This document shows, in pieces, positions 45,450 through 60,206 of a stretch of DNA of 64,000 bases. The notes under the pieces were generated by a model. It was not told the origin of the DNA. It made no database searches and worked only from the letters and a program-made list of their open reading frames with translations. This stretch comes from Oikopleura dioica (lineage: Eukaryota > Animalia > Chordata). Positions within the stretch are counted from its first letter, which is position 1, and each line of letters starts with the position of its first letter. The DNA lies in assembly GCA_907165135.1 (NCBI GenBank), contig OU015568.1, positions 8,494,001 through 8,558,000 on the forward strand, written 5' to 3'. The translations under genes and the position numbers were made by a program.

Positions 45450-48400
45450 TCAGACGTAGTCAATTTTTCGCGGCTTCGGAGTAGAGTTGCTAGTGGTGGA
45501 GTTCAGCGCCAGGTTAGCTTGGCGAAGGGTGGTTACTTCGCTTTCGAGTTGTTGGTTTCGCGATTGTTCCTTAATTTTTGGTAAGGCTTTGGAAATAACT
45601 TATTTCAAATAAGAGGGTTTTGGAATTTGTTAGTTGGAGCTATTTTAAGAAATGACAAATCTTCGGCAGTTAAAAATGCTGATTTCCGGGTTAAAAATAC
45701 TCACAAAACTTTTACTCCTCAAACTGAAACAAAAGTTCAATTCTTCTGTTTATTTTAAGAGCTTTACCTCATCCAAACGAACTCTCAACTCCTCGACTTG
45801 GCGAGCTAAATCATCAGCCCCGTTTGTGGAACTTTTCGCTGGTCTTTTCGCAGGAGAACGCCCGCGACGAGTATAACTCGGATTCTGGTGAAATTCGGAG
45901 AATTGACGATCAGCTTCGGTCAGGTGCTCGTGATTGAACTTTCGTGGGCTCAGTTCGTCATCTGTTGATTCCCCACGGCTATTTTCTAGTGTTCGTTGGC
46001 TTTCTGCGGGTCGGAGTGGTTCTAGGGCGGGTTTTTACTGCAAGCAAATTGATTGAAAAATACCTGTGATTAAATTAAGAAGGTCTTGTTGAAGTTTGTT
46101 ACTGTCAGTTTGTCTTGGGTTCGATTGGTCCCGCCCAGGCCGCCTCTTGCTCGGTGGATAATGCATTGAGCCGTTTTTAAAGTTACAAAATACCACGGGA
46201 TTATCCCTAAAACGAGTAATAAACAAGAATATTTCGTAAAAATATCTACCTAATATTTCGTATCGATGCTAAATGCCGCGGAAGAGTGCTTTTCTGAGCA
46301 GGACTGGGTGAACTGTTCCTTGGCGACTTAATTATTTTGTTTCTTGGTGTTGGAAATTTGCTGCTTTGGTTGTGGCTATCCAAGTTTTGTTTTGAAAAGG
46401 TCTTCTCACTCAATCCGAGAAGAGCTGAAGCTGTCAGCTGATCCTTTTCCGTGCTTTTTACAGAAGTCTGCAGTGGTGTTGACGTCAAATCTGGCTGTGA
46501 GCTCTGAAAATTGGCCGAATAGTCCATCGACCGCCTTCTTCTTTCGAATATCTTGGGGCTTTGCCGTCGGACGATGTCTTCAACCTTGTCTCTGAAGGTT
46601 TCCTTGTGCATTGCTGCTGCTTGATAAGGGAGCGTTTCGCCGGACATAATGTGCGTATTTTGCAGTTCAAATCGGTCCACATCGCTTTCTGTGCTGGAAT
46701 CTCCTGTGTGGCTCGTGTGAGCAGTATCGTCCGATTTAACCATGTCATAAATGTTCTCAAGGACGTTTGGTGAGTCATCGTCATCGGTGAAATGCTCTTC
46801 CGGTTCCTCCAAGGGAGCGTCTTCTGGCTGAATATTTGGGAGCCTTGGCACGAGTGTCCAGACATCACGAGGAGTGTACCTGCTCTGCCCGGTCAAACGG
46901 GATGGAGGCAATAGACAAAGAACAACTTGTGGGAGGGAGCGGAGACACTCGATCATGTCGTTGTGGCTGAGATTCGCAAGCATAGAGCTGTTGATTTGGA
47001 CGATTCTTGAACCCTTTTGAAGACCGGCGTCGTGAGCGGCGCTTCCTTCGTCTACTTGATTGACAAAGCCTTCGTAGGAAATGTGAAATCCGAGTTGCAT
47101 CCCTGGCTGTTTTCTGTTGATAACAATCGTCCTCGTCGCCGAAGCTGGAGGATAGAGACCGTGAACGCCGCGGGAAACAAAATCCAGACGAGTAATGAGA
47201 TCAGATCGGTCGTTCTTGTTCTTCAACGAGAATTGAATAAAGTCGCCGGTCCCGTAGAAAATGACAAGATCTTTGTCGCCATAAAGAGTCCAACCAAGCA
47301 GCGCCTTTGGATAGATCGAGAAAACAGCAGTGCCTGGAACTGTATTTTCAAATATACCCGGGTCGGATCCGTTCCCATTCTGCGGCAGGACAAGCGCCAT
47401 CTGCTCGTGCGACAGTACCAAGTTGAAAGTGTACAGCCTCGCGTTTGCCCCATGAGCAGGAACTAGACTTTCGACTTTCCAAATCACCCCACCGCGGGAT
47501 TCGATCTCCGCTGGAACTCTCGCTCTTCTCTTCTCAGATCGCTTGAAGATCGAAAACCGGTTGCTAGAATTTTCGATTCCGTGCGCGTCCAACGAACAAT
47601 TTTCCAATATATTTCGGAGAAATTTGCGTCGCATATCGATTGCCAAGTTCGCAAATTTTCCCACTTTTGGAATGACATTTCGGCCGTTGATGATTTTTGT
47701 CAGCAGAAAGTCGCGCAAGACACTGTCTCTTCTGAAAGTAGCATCCGCTGGCACAGCGGGGCCAAAGTCAGGAACGCATTTCGCTTTCGAAACTGATATT
47801 TGGTAATTTAAGCCGCCAGAGACGGTCGGAACGGCGCGAACGATAATGAAAATGTGTTGAAATTGGCTTCTTATTGTAGCTGGGGAGAAGGGCTTCGCCC
47901 CTGGCTCTTGAAAAATTATCGAAATGACATCGTTCCCGATGTGGCGTTTTCTGTCTACTTGTTGGGAGTTCTGTGACGAGAAGGGCAAAAGTGTGGAGAC
48001 ATGGAACATGATTTGCGTCTCCCGGTGAGTTGTGTGATAAGAATACATTCCAGTAGAATCATCGCGAACATCCAGACCAGCTCTGAAGCCAGTAAAACCC
48101 TTGAGCCTTACTTTGTTCGCCAGCACGCCCATGAAATCGTCTAGATATTCAGAATTTGTGTTGTTGTACATTTCTTCTTCAGATGATTGCCCTCGCTTGC
48201 AGAGAAGCACGCCGACTTTGATGTGTTCTTGCTCTGCTTTCTCGTCGAGTTTTTGGAGCAAGTCTTTTGCGTCTTCCGAGCATCGGCGAAGAACAGAGAT
48301 GTCGAGTTCGGGGAGAATATGCATCAAGCAATCTCGCTTAAATTGACTTTTAGTAGAGCTTATTTGCGTGTAAGGACAACAAGGGAAACCGAAAAAAATA

Positions 48401-50947
48401 AAGACAAATTACAATCACTTTATGGCTAATTCTTTACCTGTGAAACTTGGCTAGAATTGCGACCAAGAGGAATAAGCTCCTCCAGTATTGATCCGCGAAG
48501 AACATATAAACTGGCAGTTCTGATGATTATTCGATAAAGGTTGATTGATTTTTCCTTCCTTGCGATTTCCTCGCGCTTTTCTCTTCTTATGCTGATAGAG
48601 ACTGGGCCGTATCTCTCGTCTTCTCCGATGTAATTACTTCGAAAACGATATATAAATTTCTCGAAATAAGAAAGAATCTACCTGTGAGGTTTCTCAAGAA
48701 AGTATTTCGAGTAATATTTTTGCCCGTGATCTTGACCTTCGAGGAGGAAACCATTTACAGGTTTTCCCAATCCTTCAAAGACCGTCGCTGTTCTCCCTGT
48801 ATCTAAGACCTGTCTGTACTCCCCTCGCTGCATCGGTTCAGGACGGACGTTTGGAAGGACAACTTCCTTTTCAGTTCCAATTTCGTTGCGGAACTAAATT
48901 CACAGTTTGCAAAAACAACCTTATTTTTATTTTTACCTGAGGACAGGAGACGACCAATTTGTTGGATTTACCATCACCAGCGTCCGAAACGAGCGAGTTC
49001 GCCAGCTTCTGCAGCTCATCTTCTGAGCCTACTTCTGATTCTAGCGCTGAGTTGAAAACAGCAGCTGATGCTCCCGTAGCAATGTAGGATCTTCGATTCA
49101 TTCTGTCGAAGAGATTCTTCATCGGTTCAAATTCAAATGCTGTCGACTGCGCGTCATGGTGAGCGAACCATCTTCTTCTTGCCAGAAAACTACCGAATAA
49201 ATTAAAAATAGGGATTCGATATGTTACATACCGTTTGTCATTTTTTCCAATTGTCGAAATATCGGATGCGGAGCTTTGGCCAGGCTCGTATCCAGATTCG
49301 CTTCCAGGTTTGACATGGGTGGCTCTCTGAGTTCGGTTTCGGAAAATTTCTTTTACGGAAAGCCGTTTCTTCCCTCTAGGCCGCTGATGGTGGCTCAATC
49401 TTATGCTACTTTGGTGGCTTGCTATTTTTGGGTCAATAAACTTTCAATGAAAAATGACTAAAAACTGATTTGACATCTCGACCCCAAAAACTGTGGAATT
49501 TCTCTTATTGTGGTATTTCATGTTTCTGATTTTTCAATCACACTTTAAATTGTTAAAAATCTTCACAATAAGAAAGTTACTCATCCAGTGATCCACTGAG
49601 GCGAGCGCAAAAGATACCGATGCCGTATTCAAACACACGTATTCAAAATGAAATGACAAGTAATCCAAGCGAGTAAATCCCACTCCGCGCGCCATAGTCA
49701 GTAAAATAACAAAAAAGAAATGAACGTGAGAAAAAATGAAGCCTTTGTAGTAATCGTAAAAGTGTCGATAAAAGGGAAAGATTGAGCCCGGGCCTTTTCG
49801 CTTTCTGCGATTCTGCTTGAGAGGGAACGGTCTAAGGCTTGTAACTTGGCCATGGTACTTTCGCTGGGTAATCGGACGGTTTGACTTCTGGGGGCTTTTG
49901 GTTGGGATACTCGTTTGACAAATTTACACATTGAAAATTGTATTTCCTGTTTTTGGGGGTGTTACTAAGCTTCAAAAATCTCTGACTGTCATTGAGCCTG
50001 AAATTCAGGCCCTGAATTTTTGAAAAGCGTAAAAGGTATGTCAATATAATTTAATAAAAATAGCTTTATCCTCTCCTGCTGCATTCATGTGCGAGGCAGC
50101 AGCGTCCACGGGGAGAACAACATTATTCACGTTCTCACGAGAGGAGCGCCGCGGGATTACTGTAACCAATGTACCATCAGAGCGTTTCATTATTTGTTCG
50201 CGCTTGGATGGATCAATTCCGAGCTCATTTTTCCCCCAAGATTACTGTTATTGGGAAGAGTAAATTTGCCTTTTCGAACTAATGAGTTCATTTGTTTTCC
50301 TGTGGGGGGAAACAAATTTGTCCATAGTTTCGTAAACAAAAGTGTTCAAAAAGACGGAAAATGATGATTTCAGGTCAAAAATTATTGGTATTCTTGAAGA
50401 AAAACCTCGGAAGATTTTCTAGCGTCATAAATTCCGTTCGTTAAAATGTAAAAACACTTCAGTAAAATCATAAATTAAACGAATTCTGGTTGTTTAAACA
50501 GCACCTGAATTCAGGTCTAAATCAATGGAGCGTAAAAGTCAACAGGGACACCCTGAAACGTCTGAAATGTCTGAAATATCCACTCAAAAAGACTTGTGTG
50601 TGTTCTGAGCTAACAGATTGAGATTTTGAGAACAATGAAGCTCGAAATTGATCCGTGCCTCGTTTTCTGGCGCATGCTTTCTGTATCGAAAGACCACTTT
50701 GGGACGGTTTAAATCTGGTGGGACAAACATCTCGCTAGAATTTCTCGATACAAATTAGACCATTCTTTTCTCCAAACCTTGAATGAATTTTCTCAACATT
50801 CAGTTTATCTTTTCTCCTCGAAAATCGCCTCAGACGATCAATGACCGAAAACGATCGTTTGTTTTGAAACAAATCATCCTCTTCCGGAATTTCATTCTTC
50901 CTCCTCGTTGAAAAAAATTTTCGAAAAGAGCTTCTGGGTCGCTCCAT
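45450..50947 (-). CDS. SIPA1L: SIPA1/SPAR-like RapGAP with PDZ domain
   Basis: KVGVLLCKRGQSSEEEMYNN, FRAGLD, IMFHVSTLLP, RKRHIGNDVISIIFQE, RSQFQHIFIIVR; PDZ QLGFHISYEGFV...AGLQKGSRIV; C-terminal coiled-coil exon at ~45760-46020. The 5' extent is uncertain. Confidence 0.9.
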
Positions 50948-52256
50948 TTTTTATGAGCCCTATTTCCGCTCGCTCAGCGCATTCGAATGATTATTGATTG
51001 AAAACGTATTTTTCTCTCTTTTTGGTTCCTCTTGAGCGTCTCTGGCTGTATATGGCGCTAGAAAAATAGTTGTGATTATGATGAGAATCTTGTTTATTTA
51101 TTTAGAACACTAATTTCTAGCACAAAATAGTTCTTTCAATGATCATTTTCATGAGTCTTCCAAAAAGTAAGACTTTTAGGGCCAATAAAAAATTAAAAGT
51201 AATTGTTGCCAGTTGATTAGCATATGAAAATCAAAGGTTAATCACCTTGTAAACTTTCGCCCAGGTTCTCGTTCGATCTCTTATGAAAACAAAAAAAGAG
51301 CGATAAAGGTCTTTTCTACGTGACAGAACTGCCAAAAAGTCGCTATACTACGCCTTCCGTTCTATTGATTTTTCTCTGCAAACTTAGTTCTGGTTATGAA
51401 TTTGCGCTGGAATTCGTAGATTCTTGAGCAAATGGTAGAACGTCGCGGAGAATCAAATTTGATCGTTTTATTTGTGCTTCTGCGCTCTTTTGAAAAGAGA
51501 ATTGTGTGCACGAAATAAAGCTTTCACTAAAGAGAAAGACGCTGTACTTTATGGTAACAACTTTATGTGACAACGAGACGCAACTTTTGACGCGTCTGTC
51601 AATTAAATATTAAAACTGGAATACGCTTCTTTAAAAAGCTTCTGATTTGACACCAAAAAAGGCATTTACCTCAAAATTCTCTTCTACGATTCCAAATTCC
51701 TCAAATCCAATTTCTCTTCAATTCAAACTCTTCAAAAACTCCTTCAAACAACGAAAAAAAAATCTCATCCGTCGAAGTTTTATGATCGCGCACGAGCCTC
51801 CTAACGCTTGGTTTTGATCGTGTCCCTCAAGCTTACTCGACAAATAATAAAAATTTTTATTCAAAACATCTTTGTAGGGAAGGTGAACTTTTTTTGCTAT
51901 ATTGAGGGCTGAATGGGGCAGGGAGCGGTGTTTAATTGAAAATATACGATCCTCTTGGGTAGGGTTGTAAAATTGGAAGTATCAGAAGAGACCGATACTC
52001 ATTAAAATTGAAGAGATGGAATTTGGACGTTTCTGACGTTGTACACGCGTATGAATAAGCTTCAAGTAATTGGCAGGACAATTTTGGCCTTTTCTGTTTA
52101 CGATGTTCTTAAAATATGGCCAGACATCATGACGGGGTCGGTTACAGTGCTATTCGTAGTAGGCAAGACCATGAGAAGACCCTTCAAATATCACTGACTT
52201 ACTTAAAATCCTCAAAACCAACCTCAATTATCTGATGAGAATCCGATAGCACCGTG

Positions 52257-53948
52257 TCATAAAAAAATTGAAAATTTGATCACTTTTGATTTATATTGAC
52301 AAAAATAATCCTCCTCCGCATCTTTGAACTGGTGAATAAGCCAGCAAAAAGTACAAATACTAAATAATGAGTGCATTTCCGAAACCGTTGCCTGAATCAT
52401 GAGCGAGTACTCGGTACTGCGCGGTGACAAAGTGCCTTCGCGACGGCGCCGTTGCTGGGCTGATCGATAGTCTTCGTCCTTTTTGCTCGAGCTCAACTTC
52501 CCGACCAGGACGTCCAATCGATCTCGACTCTGACTCAGGAATGTCTTTTTACGCTGTGGACGGATTTATGACCAGCTAACTTCAAACAAAGCATAAAAAC
52601 GATGCAAATATTTTGAAATTTTAGTTAAAAAAGAATGAAATCCTTTCATAATGAAAAAGTCGTAAATCACTTTTCCTTGTTCGGCTTTGATTCTGGCAGC
52701 GATTGCCTCTGGTGGTATCGGAGGTTTTTCCTCGTCAGTGCGCTGGAATGATCTTGCGAGTGTGGGGTAAAAATAAAACTGAAAAGAAAAGTTTTCAACG
52801 ACTTTTAAAATGGAAACAATCTGGACCTGTCAAAGGATTGCAACGAACCATAGAGGGGTTGTTGAGGCAAGGCGGTGGAAATGTTCCGTCTCTGCGCAGC
52901 GGGGGTCCAAGCTTGCCTAAGAAAAATTATTGGAAATTGGGTATTCTTATTCCTGCTTGTTATTGACTCTGGCCGAGCTGGAGGGGCTCAGGCATTGAAG
53001 GAGAGAGTCGAAACAAAGAAGCTAATTGACCGTGAAATCCTCTCACACTTATAAATACCCTTTCAATCTTACTCTGATGAGCTTTTAGGTTGTTTCGGGT
53101 ATTTTTCTAGCGCTAGGTGATACAAGAGGATAAGGGAAGGAAATTTTCGATAAGGAGAGGATTTTCGGGGGAGGGCGGAGGATAAGGTCTACCTTGTAGG
53201 CTGAAAAACTTCGAAATCATGGCGAGCAGTACTGTCAGGAAGCGAGGCAGTTTCGGAATCACCAAATTCCAGATTTGGAGAGTCAGTACGGGTAGGAACG
53301 TAGCGATGGCTTTGGAGCTCGCCTTGTGATTTGGAACCATGTGTATTTCTGAAAAAGGCAATGTTAAAGCTAATCTGTAGTGAGTCACTACTAGTGCCGA
53401 GATTCGATTCTATGATAGGCATCTATTGGAGATAGAAATGCAGCCGGCGATCTACTGCTGCAAAACAACTGTTCTGAGCACTTGCAAAGAAAATCATCTG
53501 CTTCCAGCGTATAAATACAATCCTTCGCTTTTGTTGCGTTATATTTTTAAAATGATTTCAATACATCAAGAATCACTTGCTCACGAAAAATCTCCTTTAT
53601 AATATCTTCACTTCATTTATGAAATGATTCAGATCTCGAAAAATATCCTAGAGACTGCATTCTGCCTACAATAATTTATCATTAAATAAACTGTCATCAA
53701 TAATAATTATTGTGTTCTCGCAATATCTCAAATAATCACCAAGTTGTGACTTAGTTGACTTACCTTAGTGGTTGAACAGCAGCGATAGGAGTTCCATGAA
53801 CAAGTGACTGTAGCGATTGCGAGACATCTTCACTGTAGCCAAGCGGCTTGGAAAGATCAGAAACCGGTCCCAGTGAACGCAGTCTTTGGCGAGTTATGCG
53901 GTGTTCATTTTCTGGCTTGAGCCAAACAGGCAAATGTCGCCCGTTCAT
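52257..53948 (-). CDS. Scattered Ser/Pro-rich coding exons, possibly upstream exons of the SIPA1L-like gene or a separate gene
   Basis: Short open frames bounded by splice-like signals at 52380-52560, 52660-53050, 53110-53420 and 53760-53940. No motif recognised. Confidence 0.35.
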
Positions 53949-54047
53949 TTTTGCGCGACGCCGATTTCAAACTCGTCCCATTTTCTAAAAAAAAAAATTT
54001 TTGAAAATCAATTTTGCTTGATTATAAATATATTGCGAAAAAGTCAG

Positions 54048-56099
54048 CTAAATCGCCTCGACAGAATCATAATGCTCTCCCGAAGCGTACAAGTGTCGGC
54101 AGTAAATAATCGTCAAAAGTTTCTCTTCGTCATTTTTCTCTTCGCCAAAGAAAAGCTCGTTCGGTGACTCGGCCTACAAAAACACGGCATTGAAAAATCT
54201 GTCAATCGAGAATGATTTTGGACGGACCTGAATGACACGAATCCGCGTTTCTAATGCAGCCGCCAAAGCAGTCAGTTCGATTTGACCTCCCCAGATTGGC
54301 TCGTTCACTAATTTCTGGCAGTACAGCTCTATCACGGCGTCATCAAAAATATAAACTTTCGGTCAATTTCATGCGAAAATTTTGGGAAGAGATTCCGATC
54401 TTTTGCAAATCCTAAAAATCACTGATTTTGATCTTGAATCTTATTATTCCCAAAAATATTATAATAAAACGAGATTTTATTTGAACACAAGTCCGTTTAG
54501 GTGCTTTCTTGAGCAGTTAGCAATCGATCTTATTTGAAAAAGAAATATAAAAGTGTAAACCCTAGATTTATAGTATTTGAAATTGTTGCCTGACTAGGTC
54601 ACATTTCAAAAGCAAAAATGACGATCAAATGATAACCCAGATCTCCTTTATCTAGTGCAAATTTACGAATCCCGCTGAGGTTTCTCCTCGCGCCCTTTTT
54701 AAAAGGTATAAAATAGGAATCTGTCCTTTGAAATCTCAAAAAAAAAAAATGAAACAGAAGCTTGCCTAATTAGATTCCGTAGGTCGTCAGCCCTCTCGAG
54801 GAAATCCAGAAAATTTTTCAAATTATACCTGTATTACTGATCAAATGAAAACATAATAGCACTTATTTGATAGACCAACGTATGATCCTTCAAATAAATA
54901 TTCAAATATAAATCATCTCACTTTCGTAAAAAAATACCGCCGTTTCCTATGTCTGATTCCAAAAACGCAGCGAACTGTTCTTTATTCTTCAATAAATGCT
55001 CGGCCGCAATTTCTCTCAATTCTTCGACCGAAATTCTCGGCCTGTTCTTTTTCATTTGATGCACGAGAGAAGAGAACATACAGTCACCGTCGCTGGGAAC
55101 CGACTTTCGCTTGAGTCCATTTTGCTTGAGTAAATTATTGAGACGCTCCTTCTCCACCGCCGCTGGGGTCAGTTCGCCGCGCAGGAATTTCTCGTTTTCC
55201 TTTTTCAAGTCGCAAACTTTAGAATAGAAAAATCCCAGATCGAAAAATATTTTTATGAAAAAGAACTGAAACGGCCGCGGGCAACGGACTTATTAAATTT
55301 TTACATGACAATTTTTTTCTACAAAGCTATAATTAGCATAATTGTTCCTAAAGCTGAAAAGGGGCTCAAAGAAGGCTCGGCAACCTGTGTAGAAAATCTG
55401 AGTCAGGATCCCGAAAGAATATTATGAAAACCGCGCAGTCTTTTCTGGATCCTGACTCAGAATTTCAACACAGGTTGTCGAGCTCTGGGCTCAAAATTAT
55501 TACCCTCAAAATACTTTTTTCAGATTATATTTTTGCGTCTTTTCCTCATCAATAGCAGCCTTGATTCTTTCCTTCCTCTCTTTCTCTTCTTGCTCTTTCT
55601 TGAGTCGCCTCTTCGCCGTTTTCGAAAGTTTGCTTTCCTTCTCCACTTGAGCGTTCGTTTCTTCGCTCTTCTCTGATTCTTCTCCTTTTGAATCTGCGAT
55701 TGATTCTTTTTCCTCAAGACTGAGCTTAGCGAGGATGATCTCGTCGTTTTCCGAAAATAAAAGGCGACTCTTTTCTTTTTCGTGACGGTCGTCCAAATCG
55801 TCTCTTTCTTTCTTCACTTCTTTTTTAATCCTCTTTTTGTTCACTGCTTCGGAAATGCGTTTCTGAAAGCAAAAATCACTAATTGAAACTTCTCTTTCGA
55901 ATTTGAACCTGAAAAATGTCTTCGTAATATTTCGTCTCCTTAGCGTGCCTGTCATCAAGTTCTTCTAGCAAAAGGCTCTATATTTATATTTTCAAAACCG
56001 CTAAAACGAAATCCATACGTTTCAAAATCGAATTCGACCCTTGACTATAGATTTGATCACAATCTGTGTTTCAGGGTTGAAATCGCCTTCTTCCGACAT
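54048..56099 (-). CDS. OTUD6: OTU-domain deubiquitinase
   Basis: Charged N-terminus, VPSDGDCMFSSLVHQ (catalytic D/C), IWGGQIELTALA, and terminal YAFGEHYDSV (catalytic H). Confidence 0.92.
55376..55482. repeat. Small imperfect inverted repeat (possible mini-MITE) in an OTUD6 intron
   Basis: ~43-bp arms CTCGGCAACCTGTGTAGAAAATCTGAGTCAGGATCC / GGATCCTGACTCAGAATTTCAACACAGGTTGTCGAG with a ~20-bp spacer. Confidence 0.7.
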
Positions 56100-57293
56100 T
56101 TTTTTCTTCTATAATGAAATGTTGAAGGACACTTTCATGGAGAAAAATTTGAACGAACAAAGAAAAAGGAGCTTTTTGGAGTTTATCTTTATTTTAGGAA
56201 GAATTATTTGAGAACAGGGAGAGAGGGAGTAACCAAAAGAATGACTCAGTAAGAATTCATATTATTTTAGAGATCATTTAATAAACTGAAGTAAAATTTA
56301 AAGTATAATTCATGGTTCATGAGCAGCAATCAAAAGGCTTGATTATTCACTCTAACTGGTACATCAGGGACCCCACTGTACATCATTTGATAAAGAATTA
56401 GTAAAAATTTACAATAAATTGTGAGAATGAAAAACACCCTCACTCGTGACGAATGGGCCAGAAGGTACTAATGAAGGTTGATCAAAAAGTTTTCATTTGA
56501 TTATAATTTTTAAGAATTTCAAACGGTAGCGTCGTATTTATGAGTTTCCAAAAAATGGCGCTATGGACATTCTCAGCGGGAGTTACGGGTTTGCTTCGAG
56601 TAAAAAATCTAGATTATTATTTGCACGACCTTTTTTTACTGTTACAGTAAACACCCAGTCTGGGTTAGGCTTTCTGGAAGCTTTTTATAGCCTATAAAAA
56701 TGGTACTGTTGGGAAATTCAATTTAAAAACAAGGTCTATTAAAAATCAGGAATAAGTGCAATCTATGAGTGTAGTGAAACTGTGCCACGGACGCTGGTAT
56801 CAGGAAAGAGGGATGAAAAAGTGCAGTAGCTTGGTTCTCGGTTAGATTTCAGGGCAGCGGTGCTGCGTCAGAGTCGCGCGCCCAATTAAAATTGTGGCTC
56901 GGCCATGACTAGGCAAGTTCGACTCTTCTTTTATCACCGCCCGGAGGAGCTAATCAAGGAAATTCAAAAAAATCCGACACATTTTTTCAAGCACCACTTC
57001 ACTGACTCAAGACAGAGAATTCATGAAGTTACTGATCGACGGAAAATCGACAGAACAAGAATTTTTTAGCGCTAGAATTAAAAAAATAAGGCATTTTTTT
57101 CTGAAAACAGGTGTCTTGATTTTCGGTAGTGATGAATGAGAAGCTACAAATGATTTTTGCCAGAAATATAGATAAATTTTTATAATAAAAATGAATTTCA
57201 TTTTCGGAAATCATGCTTCGCGGTAGCTCATTAATGATTTTTAAATATGCTATTCAATGAATTCATGAATAGTATCAATTATTTCGATTTAGA

Positions 57294-59179
57294 ATGAAAG
57301 CGATAATCGGATTGTTAGCCCTCGTGGCAGCAGAAATCACCAGCGAAGGAGGAGTTCTTGTTGGAACTAAAGAAAACTTTGACGAAATTCTTGAAAACAA
57401 CGCTTTCGTCCTTGTTGAGTTCTGTAAGTAGCAAAGAAGTTGCTGTTTTGAACAAATAACTGGCATTTGTTTTGTTGAATAACCAGACCTTTCCGAAACA
57501 AATAGAAAAAGGTTAAAACAGTCAACAAATTGACCAATCATTTTTTGAACAGAATCTGTTACATACAGCTTCTTTTCATGATTAGAGCAACACGGAAACA
57601 AACAGGATTTCACTCGAACTATTTTTTAGATGCTCCGTGGTGTGGTCACTGTAAACAACTCGCTCCCGAATACGAATCTGCTGCTGGTAAACTCGCCGAA
57701 TCCAATCCTGAAATCAAGCTTGTCAAAGTAATTTCAGCCCTTTTCTTTTCCACTAATTTTCTTCATAAAGGTTGATGCTACTGAAGAAGGCGACCTCGCC
57801 GGAGAATTTGACGTTGGAGGATACCCAACTTTGAAATTCTTCAAAAACGGCAACCGAGACAATGGAATCGAGTACGGTGGTGGACGACAAGCCGACGAAA
57901 TTGTTTCTTGGCTAATTAAGAAATCGGGACCTCCGGCAATTGAGATCAGCGGCGCTGATGCAGCCAAAGCAGCTGTGGACGACAACGATGTTATTGTCTT
58001 GATTAACGGGTAGACAGTTCCTTATCTTTTCCATTTTATTCATTTTTAAATAGAAAGACTGATGAATTCATCGCCGCCGCCGACTCCATCGATGATGTCG
58101 TCTTTGGCGTCCTCGACGAAGCCGCCGCCGCCGAGCTCAAAGTCGATGCCGGCAAAATCGCCCTTTTCAAGAAGTTCGACGACAACCGAGTCGACTACTC
58201 TGGCGCCAACGACGCCGACGAAATCACCGCCTTTGTCAATTCCGAGTCTCTTCCTCTCGTCAACGAATTCAACGACGAAACTGCTCCAAAGATCTTCGGC
58301 GGCGATATTACTCAGCATGTTCTTCTCTTTGCCGCCAAATCTGCTGAAGGATACGATGATAACTACGCTGCCATGGCCGCTGCTGCCAAGGACTTCAAGG
58401 TGAAAAATAATCATTAAAGAACATTCTTGTAATCAAGCTATGTAGGGCAAAACTCTCTTTGTCGTTGTTGATTGCGACGTTGAAGACAACGGTCGTGTTC
58501 TCGAATTCTTCGGCCTCACTCAAGAAAACTGCCCAGCCGTCCGTCTCATCCAAATGGGCGACTCCATGGCCAAATTCAAGCCACCAAGCGAGGAGATCTC
58601 CGCAACCTCTTTGGCCGGATTCGTCAACGGTGTTGAAAGCGGTGAAATTACTCGACATTTGATGTCCGAAGATGTTCCCGAGTCTAACGATGGACCAGTT
58701 TTCGTCATTGTCGGCAAGAACTTTGAAGAGACCGTCCGAGATCCAGCCAAACACGTCCTCGTTGAATTCTACGCCCCATGGTGCGGACACTGCAAAGCGC
58801 TCGAGCCAACTTACGAGAAGCTTGGAAAGCACTTTGCTGATAGAGACGACGTTGTTATCGCCAAGACCGACGCTACCGCCAACGAATTCGAAGGTGTCGA
58901 TGTCCAGGGTTTCCCAACGATCAAGTTCTTCCCCAAGGGAGAGGATTCTGATGTCATTGAATACGAAGGCGATCGATCTCTCGAAGCTCTCATCACTTTT
59001 GTTGAGTCCGACGGTACCGAGGGCAATGATGGAGCAGGAGACGATTATGATGATGAAGACGTAAGAATTCCAGAAGTGGAACTCATCATATAACCTTGGA
59101 TTTTTAGTACGAGGACTACGACGACGAAGACGAGGATTATGAAGATTACGATGACGAAGAAGGTCACGATGAGCTCTAG
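57294..59179 (+). CDS. P4HB: Protein disulfide isomerase (a-b-b'-a' plus acidic tail)
   Basis: Signal peptide, two APWCGHCK thioredoxin motifs, acidic tail ending HDEL* (TAG at 59177-59179), short GT-AG introns. Confidence 0.95.
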
Positions 59180-59727
59180 AGATTTCATTTATTAAAATTA
59201 ACACTTTTAAACAATTAATTTCGCAACAACTGAAACAACTGCTAGAATTGCCACGTGTGAGCAAAACAATATTTTCTACCCTCGTCCTTCCAAAGAACAT
59301 ATAGTGATTCCTATCTATTTGAAACGATACTGTAGTCTCCTCAAGTTCTGCAGCTGAATCCTTTGTTCAATTACACAGTGATCGCGTCAAGTGCAATAAA
59401 CCTAAGAATAATACTGTAATCATCAAGTCAGAGAGTGGCTTTTCTGAAAGTCTCTCACCAAAAATGTGTTTTTTTCTATAAAATCAACCTTGATTGTCTT
59501 GATTTTCCTCAAGAAACTGGACATCGACCATATGAGTAAAAAGCCAAGCATATTTTAATATTTTTTTTCGACTAGAGAGCATGAATGATAGCATAAAATA
59601 AAGAATGGAGCTCATCATTATTTATAAAGCTCTGACAAAGTATAAGTCATACCTTCTTTTCTATGAAAGAAAACTTGGTGCGAATCTAAGCATGCTAAAG
59701 CATCTGCAAAGATGCAATCAACAAAGA

Positions 59728-60206
59728 CTACCATCGCAATATAATTAACGCTTGTTTATTTTTTAATAAAATTGAAGCCATTGCTATTTCCATCTCTTGG
59801 CTAGGCATTGAAAATTTACCCAGAAAAGGATTTTCCATTGAGCTCAAGATCTGGAAGGAAAAAGAATCCAGCTCCGGCGCTCGAATTTCTAGCGTCTCAT
59901 CCTGCGCCAAAATTTCACACCTCGATTTCCTTCTTTACCACCTGCTCAACTATATTTACGACTTGAGTGAAGTACTGTAAGTAGTATTTGTGATGCCGGT
60001 TGGCCGATCTGTTTTGACTTGTGCGAGGCTGAGCCGACCGCGAGATGGATATTCCGGGCGCAGAGTGCGGTCGCCCGCATTCGGTACCGAGGTGTGACTT
60101 TTTTTTTTCTTCCATTTCCATTTGCTGCATGGAAGCCACACTTGATACTAGAATCCGTGGTGAATCCTAAGCGCGTGAAAAAGCAAAACCGCCAAATCGC
60201 ACCCAA
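59728..60206 (-). CDS. Possible terminal exons of an unknown gene
   Basis: Open frames 59915-60139 and 59728-59910 only; no motif recognised. Confidence 0.25.

Noticed and set aside
57007-59300. Long antisense or alternative-frame ORFs over PDI, and similarly over GBF1, pol, gag and SIPA1L
   Set aside because: These are shadow ORFs caused by codon bias in the real genes; they show no independent motifs.
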